The notes under the pieces are model-generated. The model had not been told where the DNA came from. It ran no database searches and worked only from the letters and a program-made list of their open reading frames with translations. A program made the position numbers and the translations under genes. Source: a virus (Duplodnaviria > Caudoviricetes). From it: a DNA stretch of 34,506 nt. The stretch's first letter is position 1. Each line of letters begins with the position of its first letter. Of the stretch, positions 25,343-34,230 are shown piece by piece. The stretch covers positions 1-34,506 of the IMG/VR virus record IMGVR_UViG_3300036798_000078. One strand, written 5' to 3'.

Positions 25343-26199
25343 TGCCTCCAGCATTGACTAACTACACCTTCGCCTTCGGCGACAACGGAACTATTCTCAA
25401 TACCGACTCTATAAGTCTTCCCTTCGTCGACGTCACGTCGGTGGCTGGTCTTGACCTTGCGCCTATACGTTCTACTACTACGGAGCGACACAACTCCGAC
25501 GGTGCACATGTCGATGCTAAGTTCCTGTCTATGAGGGTTGTCGTTATCATTGGCACTTTGTACTCCGATCCTAATGACCCCGACACATTTCTGAACTCAT
25601 TGAAAGGTGCCTACGGCAATCCTAACGTTCAGCCCTTCTACTTCCAGACTCCCGGACAGCCGCTCAAGTTCGTAAACGGGCAGGGCGGTGGCTGTCTGTA
25701 TGAGTACGATCAGAATAGGCGCCACGGCGCGACGCCTGTGCAGCTTACAGTTCTTGCAGGCGACCCCTATATCTACGACTGGCCTGCTCAAGTAGGCACT
25801 ACGATCGTTGGTACAGGTGCGGGCATAGGCACAGGTTTCAACATGGCCTTCAACACCGGCTTCGGTGGTACTATCGTTACTGCCGGTGCTACGGTAGGGA
25901 ACATCGGATCGCACACCGCTTATCCAGTCGTTACGTTGCAAGGACCTCTTACTAATCCTGTACTGGTTGACGCCTTCGGCATAACGATGGCGTTCAACAT
26001 TACCTTGGCAGCGAATGACTCGCTTGCAGTAGACTGTAGGAACAAGTCAGTCATACTCAATGGTCAGGCTAGTCGCAGGAGCTCGCTTGCAGGACTCAAC
26101 TGGTTTAGCGTCCCTGCTGGTACCAGCGAGACAATATTCCTCAGTGCTGACTCCGGCACCGGGAGCGCGACGATAACGATGAATTCGACGTACTACTAG
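25342..26199 (+). CDS. Distal tail protein (Dit-like)
   Basis: Follows TMP; DPYIY, N.G...YPV.TL.GP.TNP. Confidence 0.8.
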   Translation: MPPALTNYTFAFGDNGTILNTDSISLPFVDVTSVAGLDLAPIRSTTTERHNSDGAHVDAKFLSMRVVVIIGTLYSDPNDPDTFLNSLKGAYGNPNVQPFYFQTPGQPLKFVNGQGGGCLYEYDQNRRHGATPVQLTVLAGDPYIYDWPAQVGTTIVGTGAGIGTGFNMAFNTGFGGTIVTAGATVGNIGSHTAYPVVTLQGPLTNPVLVDAFGITMAFNITLAANDSLAVDCRNKSVILNGQASRRSSLAGLNWFSVPAGTSETIFLSADSGTGSATITMNSTYY

Positions 26200-26208
26200 G
26201 GATCTATC

Positions 26209-27252
26209 ATGGCTGCATCGAACCCGCCGTATGTGTGTCAGGGGAGGACTGATCACCCTGCCGTACTGTTCCGCATGGCCCTTGGTGGGATAGCTAGTGC
26301 TCCGTACGCTGCAGGAGGTACTAGTCCTGCAGGCGGTGTCAATCCCTCCCTAGGCAATGGCTTGGCAGTTACGGGTCTTGCTTCCATGAACGTTCAAGTA
26401 GGTACTGGTCTGGCGTACGTTCCGAGTAGTACAGCCTGGAATGGAGTCTACGCTGCCTACAACGCAGCTACGTTCAACGTAGTCATTGCTGCGTCGTCCT
26501 CCTCGCAGTACAGAAGGGACTACATCGTAGCACAGGTGACAGACCCTGGAGACGCTACGGCTAACTGGAACGCAGTAGCTGTTACTGGTGCGTTCTCCTC
26601 GTCGGCTCCTGGTGCACTTCCTGCGATACCTGCGAACTCTATTCCACTGGCTATCGTTGCCGTTACACCGAACATGACGGTCACGAATGCTGGCGGTACC
26701 GTTTCGGATGCTAGGACTCTGCTGCCTCTACAGGGCGTATGGCCAACTACGTCGAGCAATCGTCCTCCTACGACGGCGCAAGAGGGGACGATGTGGTTCG
26801 AGCAGGACACGAACCAGCTCGGGATCATCATCAACGGATCGTATAGCTACATTCCAGTATCAGGCACATCGACAGATACCTGGCATGACCTACGTCCTGC
26901 AGTAACTGGTTGGAGCGGTTCGGTATCGGGCGAGTATCCGCCTCAGTACAGGAAGTCGTCTGATGGTCAGCACGTCGAGCTGTTCGGAATGGTTCAGATA
27001 GGCAACCCTCCGTATACAGGAGTCAATGTATTCGCCAATCCGCTACCTGCAGGCTATAGGCCTAATCACAGCGTTCGTTTGCCTTGCTTCATTCAGAACA
27101 ACGGCTCTTCGAGTCTAGTGACAACGCCTTATACGTATATCCTGACTACGGGCTACATTCAGTTCTCCAACTTCCCAGCTGGCCTAGCGGGATCTGTAGT
27201 GAGCATAACTGGTCAGTTCCCGCTCGACGCTTCGGGACTGATCCAATCGTGA
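26209..27252 (+). CDS. Minor tail protein / receptor-binding candidate
   Basis: R.DYIVA.V.D, PAIPANSIPLA, EGTMWFEQDT, C-terminal LPAGYRP domain. Confidence 0.75.
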   Translation: MAASNPPYVCQGRTDHPAVLFRMALGGIASAPYAAGGTSPAGGVNPSLGNGLAVTGLASMNVQVGTGLAYVPSSTAWNGVYAAYNAATFNVVIAASSSSQYRRDYIVAQVTDPGDATANWNAVAVTGAFSSSAPGALPAIPANSIPLAIVAVTPNMTVTNAGGTVSDARTLLPLQGVWPTTSSNRPPTTAQEGTMWFEQDTNQLGIIINGSYSYIPVSGTSTDTWHDLRPAVTGWSGSVSGEYPPQYRKSSDGQHVELFGMVQIGNPPYTGVNVFANPLPAGYRPNHSVRLPCFIQNNGSSSLVTTPYTYILTTGYIQFSNFPAGLAGSVVSITGQFPLDASGLIQS

Positions 27253-28409
27253 CAATTCAGAGCCTCAAGTCTACGAGCCATGCTATAGCGGGTCTCGGTG
27301 GTGCTTCATACACGTACCTTGCTACAGACCTCATCACGGGTAGTATTCTAGGCGAGCTGCCCGTAAATAGCGTGTCACTGGATTGCCAGCTGAACAAGGC
27401 TGGAAACATGCACTGCGGTGCTAACTTGAATGATCCTAGAATCGACAACAACGAGTTCATTGCACGTACTACCCCAGGTAGGACTGCGTTTTGGGCCTAC
27501 AGGAATAACCAGATCGTTTGGGGCGGAATCATTCTGTCGCGAGAGTACCAGTCGACCGGCATGGCGCTTACGCTAACGGGTCAGACCTTCGAGTGCTATG
27601 CCGTAAGGCGCTTTCCCCGTTCGGTCCTAGGTACGGCGATTCAGACACTCAATCAGGGCCAGGCCTCGATTGTCGACTACTTGTGGAAGCAACTGCAGAG
27701 CGTTCCGGGTGGTAACATAGGTGTTCAGCCTGCCAACTTGCCCGCTTCGGATCCTGTTGTCCAGCTTACCATTAATGGATACGACCTGTCTACTAGTTAT
27801 GATGATCTGATTCAGTCAATACTGGTATCGAGCACAGGTCCCGACTACACGATCGCCTGGTATGAGGACGGTCACGGCAACCCCCAAAAGCAGCTAGTCG
27901 CAGCTACTCCTATAGGCAACCCAGTTGGCATAACGGATCTGGTCGTCGACTTTCCTGGGTCCATGGTAGACTACATATACAGTGAGAACGCATCGTCAGG
28001 CGCCAACAAGTGGTGGGCTGTTGGCGACGGTGAGGCTGCCGCCGCTACCGTAGGAACTGCTGCCGATCCTAATTCAGTAGCTTCAGGCTATCCGCTTTGG
28101 GAGGGAGTCAACAACTACTCAGGTGTTACTATTCAAACGACGATCAACGGTCACGCATCTTCGGACGTAAAGTCGCTTCCCGTTCCGATCATTACACACA
28201 ACGCCGACCTGGCAGGAGACTCTTATCCACAGTTCGGTACGTATGGCATGGGCGACTACGTGACCGCGCACGTTATCGATCCTAGGTTTCCACAGGGCTC
28301 TACCTTCAACGTACGAGCCATTGGCTGGACGATAACGCCGCCTGACTCGGGCCAGGGTGTCGAACAGATCGCGTTGGTATTCGACGAAGCTACAGGAGGT
28401 CCTGCTTAG
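27249..28409 (+). CDS. Baseplate hub/Tal-like minor tail protein
   Basis: GTGA overlap; DLITG.ILGELP, R..QIVWGGII, YGMGDYV...RAIGWTI. Confidence 0.75.
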   Translation: MTIQSLKSTSHAIAGLGGASYTYLATDLITGSILGELPVNSVSLDCQLNKAGNMHCGANLNDPRIDNNEFIARTTPGRTAFWAYRNNQIVWGGIILSREYQSTGMALTLTGQTFECYAVRRFPRSVLGTAIQTLNQGQASIVDYLWKQLQSVPGGNIGVQPANLPASDPVVQLTINGYDLSTSYDDLIQSILVSSTGPDYTIAWYEDGHGNPQKQLVAATPIGNPVGITDLVVDFPGSMVDYIYSENASSGANKWWAVGDGEAAAATVGTAADPNSVASGYPLWEGVNNYSGVTIQTTINGHASSDVKSLPVPIITHNADLAGDSYPQFGTYGMGDYVTAHVIDPRFPQGSTFNVRAIGWTITPPDSGQGVEQIALVFDEATGGPA

Positions 28410-28873
28410 TGCCTAGGTATCAGTACGCGCAGCCCTATGACCTGGTAAGATCGATCAGGGGCAACCAGACTGACATCAGAGACCTTCAAGTTCGGTCGGC
28501 TGGAGTGCCGGACATTTGGCACTACGTCGGCGATCCTACGACCGGCCTTGGAACTGCGTTCGGTTCGGGTTGGAGTAACCTTGGGTCGGGGTGGGCTAAC
28601 CTGGCCTTCAAGAAGGTAGCAGCTAACAGGATTGAGATAATTGGCGCTGTGACAGTAGGCGCTGCAGGTTCGACTGTACTCACACTGCCTACAGGGTACA
28701 TCCCTGTTAGCCAGCAGTCGCTCATGTACTTCGTGGTAGCAGGCAACACCGGCTCGACATCCAACGCACCTTTGCTAAACGTATTGACTTCAGGAGCAGT
28801 TGTACAGAACGGAAATACAACACCAGGCGCTTCAGCGGCGTGGATACATGACACGTACAGTCTGGACGTATAA
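28409..28873 (+). CDS. Minor tail protein
   Basis: Short N-terminal coiled coil, then TLPTGYIP beta domain. Confidence 0.7.
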   Translation: MPRYQYAQPYDLVRSIRGNQTDIRDLQVRSAGVPDIWHYVGDPTTGLGTAFGSGWSNLGSGWANLAFKKVAANRIEIIGAVTVGAAGSTVLTLPTGYIPVSQQSLMYFVVAGNTGSTSNAPLLNVLTSGAVVQNGNTTPGASAAWIHDTYSLDV

Positions 28874-29013
28874 TGGTGCAGTTCAGAATAGGTGGTAATG
28901 GATCAGGAAGCAAGGTCGACAAGTGGGTAGCTAACGTCGTATTTCTAGGCGTAGCAGTACTCATATACGCTCTTGCAGCGTACATAATCGACCTTACCAT
29001 TCATATCAATTAG
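28873..29013 (+). CDS. Small membrane protein, holin candidate (46 aa)
   Basis: TAATG overlap; MVQFRIGGNGSGSKVDKWVANVVFLGVAVLIYALAAYIIDLTIHIN with one TM segment near the lysin. Confidence 0.55.
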   Translation: MVQFRIGGNGSGSKVDKWVANVVFLGVAVLIYALAAYIIDLTIHIN

Positions 29014-29021
29014 GAGGCGGG

Positions 29022-29252
29022 ATGAGTGAAGAGAGGCCAGAGCCCAGACTGATCCGAGAGGAAGAGGTGTACGACCGAGAAGACGTAGAGCGCGGACTAC
29101 TACGACGTCCTAATCCGCCAGATCCTAGGCCGGAACTGCCGGTAGAGGAACAGCACGAACAATGGGCAAGGCTAGCGAGCCTACCACCGCGCAAGAAGCG
29201 GCCTGTCCTTGACTGGATCGCAGGGAGGCTAGAGCGTCGTGGCAGTGAATGA
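29022..29252 (+). CDS. Charged hypothetical protein in lysis cassette
   Basis: AGGAGG SD, 76 aa, overlaps lysin start. Confidence 0.7.
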   Translation: MSEERPEPRLIREEEVYDREDVERGLLRRPNPPDPRPELPVEEQHEQWARLASLPPRKKRPVLDWIAGRLERRGSE

Positions 29253-30102
29253 GATCCTCTGTCTTACTCCGAACTACAGCTCCCGTGGCGGAGCTCAGCC
29301 TCTCAAGTTCGCGCTGCATACCATGGAGGGCTTCACAGGACCGAACGGCGCAATGGACTGCGCCAAGTACTTCCAGGGTAACGTCGGAGCCAGTGCTCAC
29401 TGGTGCATCGACAACTTCCACCCGAACCAAGTGGTCTGTGGAGTCTACGAGCAGTACGCGGCCTGGACGCAGAGCGGAATGAATAACGTCAGCTTCGGTG
29501 TAGAGCAAGCAGGGTACGCCTCAACGTCCAGAGACACCTGGCTCAACCAGCAGGGCACACTGCTTACTACTACAGCTGCTCTAGTTCGGCAGATCTGTGA
29601 CAAGTACCAGATACCTATACGTTCGCTGAACTCGAGCGAGGCTCAGGACACCTGGACCAAGGGAGTCTGCGACCATGTAGACTTCGGCTCTAAGGGTGGC
29701 GGCCACTGGGATTGTGGCGAAGGCTACCCGATGGACAAGATCATCGAGTGGGCGAAGGCGGGAGCCTCCGTGCCGCAGCCGGTAGGAGGAGACATGACAG
29801 CATCGACAGCGTATGATCCCAACGGCAACGCGCACCACGTGTGCCTGGGAGAGAGCGACGGTTCCATTTACTACTGGCCGCCGGGATGGAGCGCCTGGGG
29901 TCAGATCGACAAGACGCAGAAGAACGCCAGGAGCGGCGTTGGTATCGCTATCAGCAAGGACTGGTGGGTTACCCTCACCTACGTCAACGCCTCAGGGAAC
30001 GTCTGCACTTACCACAAGCAGTTCAACAGCGACGATCCCTGGGTCTTTACCAACAAGGGCGGAAGCGCCAGATTACAGGAAGGAATATCATGGAAGCAGT
30101 AG
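29239..30102 (+). CDS. Endolysin, N-acetylmuramoyl-L-alanine amidase (Amidase_2)
   Basis: TPNYSSR, ALHTMEG, ASAHW, GVEQ, CDH...HWDCG Zn-amidase motifs plus C-terminal domain. Confidence 0.85.
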   Translation: MAVNEILCLTPNYSSRGGAQPLKFALHTMEGFTGPNGAMDCAKYFQGNVGASAHWCIDNFHPNQVVCGVYEQYAAWTQSGMNNVSFGVEQAGYASTSRDTWLNQQGTLLTTTAALVRQICDKYQIPIRSLNSSEAQDTWTKGVCDHVDFGSKGGGHWDCGEGYPMDKIIEWAKAGASVPQPVGGDMTASTAYDPNGNAHHVCLGESDGSIYYWPPGWSAWGQIDKTQKNARSGVGIAISKDWWVTLTYVNASGNVCTYHKQFNSDDPWVFTNKGGSARLQEGISWKQ

Positions 30103-30308
30103 TTCCAGAGACGCCAAGGCAGGGAGCATACTTCCCGGTCTACGGTCACTCCGATCAGGAGGGCGGCGGCGACCTGCACGTTCAGGTGCAGTCATGCACT
30201 ACCTGCCATGCGACCGTGGATGAGGCTCACATGGCCGACCACGAGGGCTGGCACGAGACCCTGGCAGCCGGCGAAGGCCCTGGTGGTCCGTCGGGGCCCA
30301 AGAAGTAA
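30090..30308 (+). CDS. Small C2H2 Zn-finger-like protein (72 aa)
   Basis: ATG 30090 after AGGAAGGA; CTTCHATV...HEGWH. Confidence 0.6.
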   Translation: MEAVVPETPRQGAYFPVYGHSDQEGGGDLHVQVQSCTTCHATVDEAHMADHEGWHETLAAGEGPGGPSGPKK

Positions 30309-30315
30309 CCAAGCT

Positions 30316-30373
30316 CCTAGCCGGGCCTCCTGTTACGCGCCCGCCCGTGACAGTCCCTTGAGGCCCGGCTAGG
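30316..30373. terminator. Large hairpin at convergence of the two transcription units
   Basis: 14-bp IR CCTAGCCGGGCCTC/GAGGCCCGGCTAGG plus inner CTGTTACG/CGTGACAG stem; no U-tract. Confidence 0.65.
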
Positions 30374-30542
30374 GCTTTCCCAGGTACCAGTTGTGATTGC
30401 ACATGAGGCAGGTAATGAGAATGTGGGAAGGATCATCAGTATCGAAGGTGACTATTGCAGCACCCTCGAACTTCGCCCGTCTGAGGTTCGGCCAGTAGCC
30501 GCATGCGTTGCACGGCCTATCTGCATTGTATGTCTTGATCAT
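30369..30542 (-). CDS. Zn-ribbon protein (57 aa)
   Basis: MIKTYNADRPCNACG...ITCLMCNHNW; GGAG SD, 2 nt after resolvase stop. Confidence 0.65.
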   Translation of the reverse strand: MIKTYNADRPCNACGYWPNLRRAKFEGAAIVTFDTDDPSHILITCLMCNHNWYLGKP

Positions 30543-30544
30543 AG

Positions 30545-31057
30545 CTACTCCTGCATAGCCAGTACCCTAAGCCTATCAAGTATGAAGTTGCGTACCTCTC
30601 GAAGTTCAGGTCCGGAATAGAACACGAGGTAGTAGATAAGGTGCCTCAGCGCGTCGTTGGCATGGCGCCACTTCATCAGAGGAATGCACAGCAACAGTAG
30701 TGTGCGTAGCTTCTCGTCAGTAGTCCACCCAATAGCCTGATCAGATCCTTGCCATACGATCATAACTTCAACGTGCGTCTGACCGTACATCTTGACTATA
30801 CCGATGTACTCTCTGGACACGATCCTGCTGAACTCATTACCACGGTTGTCGAACCTCTCACACACGATCACGTCCGGCTGCACTTCCGCTATCAAGCTCC
30901 ACAGGCGCAGGTGATGCTCCGTGTTGTTGCCGATTTGACCTTGTCGGACGTGGTCTCGGAGAAACGTCGAGAGCTTGGAGTTGACTACGACTGGAAGCTC
31001 GATGTCGAATAGCGTCCAACCTGTTGTGCCTCCTGGATCGAATACGAGTATCCTCAT
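30545..31057 (-). CDS. RuvC-like Holliday junction resolvase
   Basis: MRILVFDPGGTTG, VIVCERF, HANDALRH; GGGAG SD before ATG 31057. Confidence 0.85.
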   Translation of the reverse strand: MRILVFDPGGTTGWTLFDIELPVVVNSKLSTFLRDHVRQGQIGNNTEHHLRLWSLIAEVQPDVIVCERFDNRGNEFSRIVSREYIGIVKMYGQTHVEVMIVWQGSDQAIGWTTDEKLRTLLLLCIPLMKWRHANDALRHLIYYLVFYSGPELREVRNFILDRLRVLAMQE

Positions 31058-31212
31058 CGTTGTCTCCCTGCCGTCTGTAACGCGATTCTCTCGCGATCTA
31101 AACTTGTAACTTTTTAACTGACCTAACTCTACGTAAGCGATGGAAATCCATTGAGAGACTCTATTAGACTGCGGTCTCAGCGCAGTCTCTCTTGGAGAAC
31201 AAATTTGAGAAG

Positions 31213-31560
31213 TCACAAGAGGCTCCATCTCCTTTTGGGCGGGTTTTTTAGACGATGATTCCACTTGTCGAGTGCCCAGTCTGCCTTCTTGCGTTTGACT
31301 ATGAGATAGGGTCTGACGATGATTAGAAAGTTCGCTCCGATGGAAGAGTTACCATGCCAGTTGTGTATGCCGTTAGTCCACTTGTTGGGCTCACGCCATC
31401 TGACATAACCGCCGAACAAATCCTCTACGTAGTCTAGAGGCCTGCGGTCTACCTGGGCTATAGATACTTGTAGGTTGTACCTACCCTGGTACTCTATATG
31501 CCCTTCGCCGTCGAAGAAGCCTGCTACGTAGGCTATGTCGACTTTCCTAATTCGCGTTTG
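31213..31560 (-). CDS. Single-motif LAGLIDADG homing endonuclease (no canonical start)
   Basis: Frame upstream of ORF-track call reads DIAYVAGFFDGEGHI...VSIAQVD...LDYVEDLFGG...VRPYLIVKRKKA. Confidence 0.8.
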   Translation of the reverse strand, partial: QTRIRKVDIAYVAGFFDGEGHIEYQGRYNLQVSIAQVDRRPLDYVEDLFGGYVRWREPNKWTNGIHNWHGNSSIGANFLIIVRPYLIVKRKKADWALDKWNHRLKNPPKRRWSLL

Positions 31561-31867
31561 CTATTTCCTTCTTCAGTTGTTCGGCCTCTGCCTGTAGCTC
31601 TTCTATTCGTTGTTCGATTACAGCGAGCCGGGCCTGTGGAGATTTGCGATCGCCTCGGGTCCGGAGTTCGAGGTTGGCTGGGTCTAGGTTAGTCCGATCG
31701 TTGTCGATGAACTTGACAAACTCGTTCGGTTCGAGTCGTCTACCGAGCTTCTCCTCCATGAGGAGGGTGTGAGTGGCTACGAAGCCGCGACCTTCGACCT
31801 TGGTATGGTGGTAGCCGTTCTGGTTGGTAAAGGTGTCGCCTACTGCTGCTGCTTGACCTCTAGGCAT
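31547..31867 (-). CDS. Degenerate HNH-like protein with C-terminal coiled coil
   Basis: TAATG overlap; GY...H.LLME.KLGRRL...EFVKFIDNDRTNLDPANLEL. Confidence 0.75.
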   Translation of the reverse strand: MPRGQAAAVGDTFTNQNGYHHTKVEGRGFVATHTLLMEEKLGRRLEPNEFVKFIDNDRTNLDPANLELRTRGDRKSPQARLAVIEQRIEELQAEAEQLKKEIANAN

Positions 31868-34230
31868 TACAACTGTCCCCAATCTGTTCCGGTTTTGATG
31901 TCGATGTCAATGTTCACATAGTCGCCCACAACTTGTTGTCCGGACTTGATCATGTAGTAGCTGACTAGGTCGGACACTCTGTCTACGTCGGTCTTGCGAC
32001 ACTCGACTATGAGGTTGTCGTGAACGATGTTGCGTACGTACCCTAGGCCCTTGAGAGCTGGCCTGACCCACGTGAATGCTTGAAGGCAAATGTCTGAGGC
32101 AATCGATTGTGGCTGGAAGGCTAGGGCCTCGTTCATAACCTCGTGCTTGTTCTCTTTGGTGATGAGCCAGAACCTGCGATGTCTACCGAACGGTGTCGTG
32201 AGGTCTTTTCCAGCGAGGACATCTCGACGTGTTTGTTCGCGATAGTCCACGATGTTTGGTATGACGCCGAAGAACGCGCGCATAGCTCGTTGAGCTTCCG
32301 CAACGGACATCCCATGCTCTTCGGCTATGGACTTGGCTTCGCGTCCGTAGCCTAGGCCATAGAAGTAAGCTTTGACTCGAATACGTAGTTCGTACATCTG
32401 CCACTTGTCTAGCTTTGACGTATCGCCGTATAGTACTGGCGTCAGCTCATCGAACAGGTCTCGAGTAGGATCGTTAAAGATGTCTCGGAGATAGTCCTCT
32501 TGTGCTAGCCAAGTCAGAATGCGTGCTTCAATTTGCTTGTAGTCAGCGTTCACGAACACGTTGTCAGGGTGTACAGGAACGAACTGCTTCCTGATTCGCC
32601 AGCCTCGGGTGATGTTCTGGAGGTTGGGATTCCTGCTGCTGAGCCTGCCTGTAGTTGTTCCGTGGAGCAAGAACGTTGGGAAGACTCTTCCCTGGTGCGT
32701 TCGTCTGCGAATGCCTTTGACGTAGGTGCCATACGACTTAGCGTCGAGTCGGTGCTCTGCTAGTGCACATAGGAAGTCGTAGTACTCACCCCACGGCTCT
32801 TCGCATCTCGAGATCAGTAGTGCAATGACTTCCTTGTCAGTGCAAGGTCGCCATTCGCCTGACTGGTTTCTCTTTCTCGGTACTGTTATGCCAAAGCGCT
32901 TCGTAAGTACGTCTACGATCTGTAGAGGTGAGTTCGGGTTGAAGTCGCGTCTGCGAGATGTTATCTGCATGTCGCGTCGGAGCATTGCAAGTCTGCGACC
33001 GTAGAACTCTGCAAGATCGTCGTTGTACTTAAGGTCTATGCCGATACCGTTCAGCTCTACGTACATGAGCTCGTTCGACGCTCGAACTAGGAAGTCGTGT
33101 AGCGCTCGGAGGTCTGGCGTCATTAGTTGTGTGAACAGTTCATACAGCGCGAAAGTTGCTGCACAGTCGTAGGCGTTATATCTGTACAGAACGTCTCTGG
33201 GGATAACGCCGTAGCCTCTGCCTCGCTGTAGGTATCGTTTGATGTCATCGTCGTATCGTGGAGTACCTAGCAACTCGACTGCCAGGTACTTCAGACCATG
33301 GACGCCTCTCCGTTCGTCCAAGCAGTACGACGCAAGCATCGTGTCGAACCAGAGTCTGATAGCACCGATTCGATGGAACAAGCCACCAAGATCGAACTTT
33401 CCGTTCTGTGCAATGATACGGTTGTGAGAACGAAGATATTGTCCCAGACGTGACATGAAACGAGTATCGTTACATACCGCCTCACCGAAGACGACGACCT
33501 TGCCGGGAGCGTAACCAACTCCAATGCATAGTAGGTAGTGACGTGACGCATGTTCGAAGCTTACATCCTTATCTACGTCGGTCTCGATGTCTACCGTGAT
33601 TTCGGTAAGTGGTAGCTCGTCGACGACTTTGCAGGCTGTTTCTACGTCGTCGACGACTGTGATGACGGGCTCGGTCCACTCGCTCGATGGCCTTACGAGC
33701 TTGCCGAAGTCGTTAACGATGGAAGGGAAGAACGAGTCTCCCTTTGGTCTGAGACAGGCTGCCGGATGAAACGTTGGTATGACGTGAAGACCAAGTTCGT
33801 CCGACCATCGTGGCGGCCCGATCCTGAGCCGAGTGATACCATCCTTACTTCCCAGCAGCGATCGTGAGGCCGAGTTACCCAGAGCCACAACCGTATCGAC
33901 ACCTCGGTCTTGTAGCTCCTGAACGAGACGGGGCCTACAGCAATGAATCGCGTTCGCGGAGGGTGTCGCGTTGTCGGGTGGACGGCATAGGCAGGCATTT
34001 GTGAGGAGGGTATTGGCCCTAGGGATTTGGTAGTGCTCGAGTATTTTGTCGAGGAGTCTACCTGAGACCCCCACAAAAGGGTGTCCCAGTCGAGCTTCAT
34101 TTGCTCCCGGCGCTTCTCCAACCACTGCAAGATTCGTTTGCGCCGGTCCATCGGATGGGACGAATCGTCCAGCATCATACAGATCACACCTCTCGCACTC
34201 TGCGTCAGGATGCTTGCGTACTCTGTCCAT
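31867..34230 (-). CDS. DNA polymerase family A with N-terminal family-4-type uracil-DNA glycosylase domain
   Basis: CERC, GEAPGANE, HPFVG, CRPP, HPAACL (UDG); DIET, QNGKFD, YNAYD (3'-5' exo); TGRLSSRNPNLQNI, DYKQIE, KAYFYGLGYG, VHD (pol). Confidence 0.95.
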   Translation of the reverse strand: MDRVRKHPDAECERCDLYDAGRFVPSDGPAQTNLAVVGEAPGANEARLGHPFVGVSGRLLDKILEHYQIPRANTLLTNACLCRPPDNATPSANAIHCCRPRLVQELQDRGVDTVVALGNSASRSLLGSKDGITRLRIGPPRWSDELGLHVIPTFHPAACLRPKGDSFFPSIVNDFGKLVRPSSEWTEPVITVVDDVETACKVVDELPLTEITVDIETDVDKDVSFEHASRHYLLCIGVGYAPGKVVVFGEAVCNDTRFMSRLGQYLRSHNRIIAQNGKFDLGGLFHRIGAIRLWFDTMLASYCLDERRGVHGLKYLAVELLGTPRYDDDIKRYLQRGRGYGVIPRDVLYRYNAYDCAATFALYELFTQLMTPDLRALHDFLVRASNELMYVELNGIGIDLKYNDDLAEFYGRRLAMLRRDMQITSRRRDFNPNSPLQIVDVLTKRFGITVPRKRNQSGEWRPCTDKEVIALLISRCEEPWGEYYDFLCALAEHRLDAKSYGTYVKGIRRRTHQGRVFPTFLLHGTTTGRLSSRNPNLQNITRGWRIRKQFVPVHPDNVFVNADYKQIEARILTWLAQEDYLRDIFNDPTRDLFDELTPVLYGDTSKLDKWQMYELRIRVKAYFYGLGYGREAKSIAEEHGMSVAEAQRAMRAFFGVIPNIVDYREQTRRDVLAGKDLTTPFGRHRRFWLITKENKHEVMNEALAFQPQSIASDICLQAFTWVRPALKGLGYVRNIVHDNLIVECRKTDVDRVSDLVSYYMIKSGQQVVGDYVNIDIDIKTGTDWGQL

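Noticed and set aside
31231-31250. GGCGGGTTTTTT as an intrinsic terminator
   Set aside because: No matching upstream arm for a stem, and it lies inside the LAGLIDADG frame
31058-31560. Group I intron around the LAGLIDADG ORF
   Set aside because: AGAGACU/AGAGUC words exist but there is too little sequence for a P3-P9 core and no interrupted gene is evident; not fully excluded without a covariance-model search
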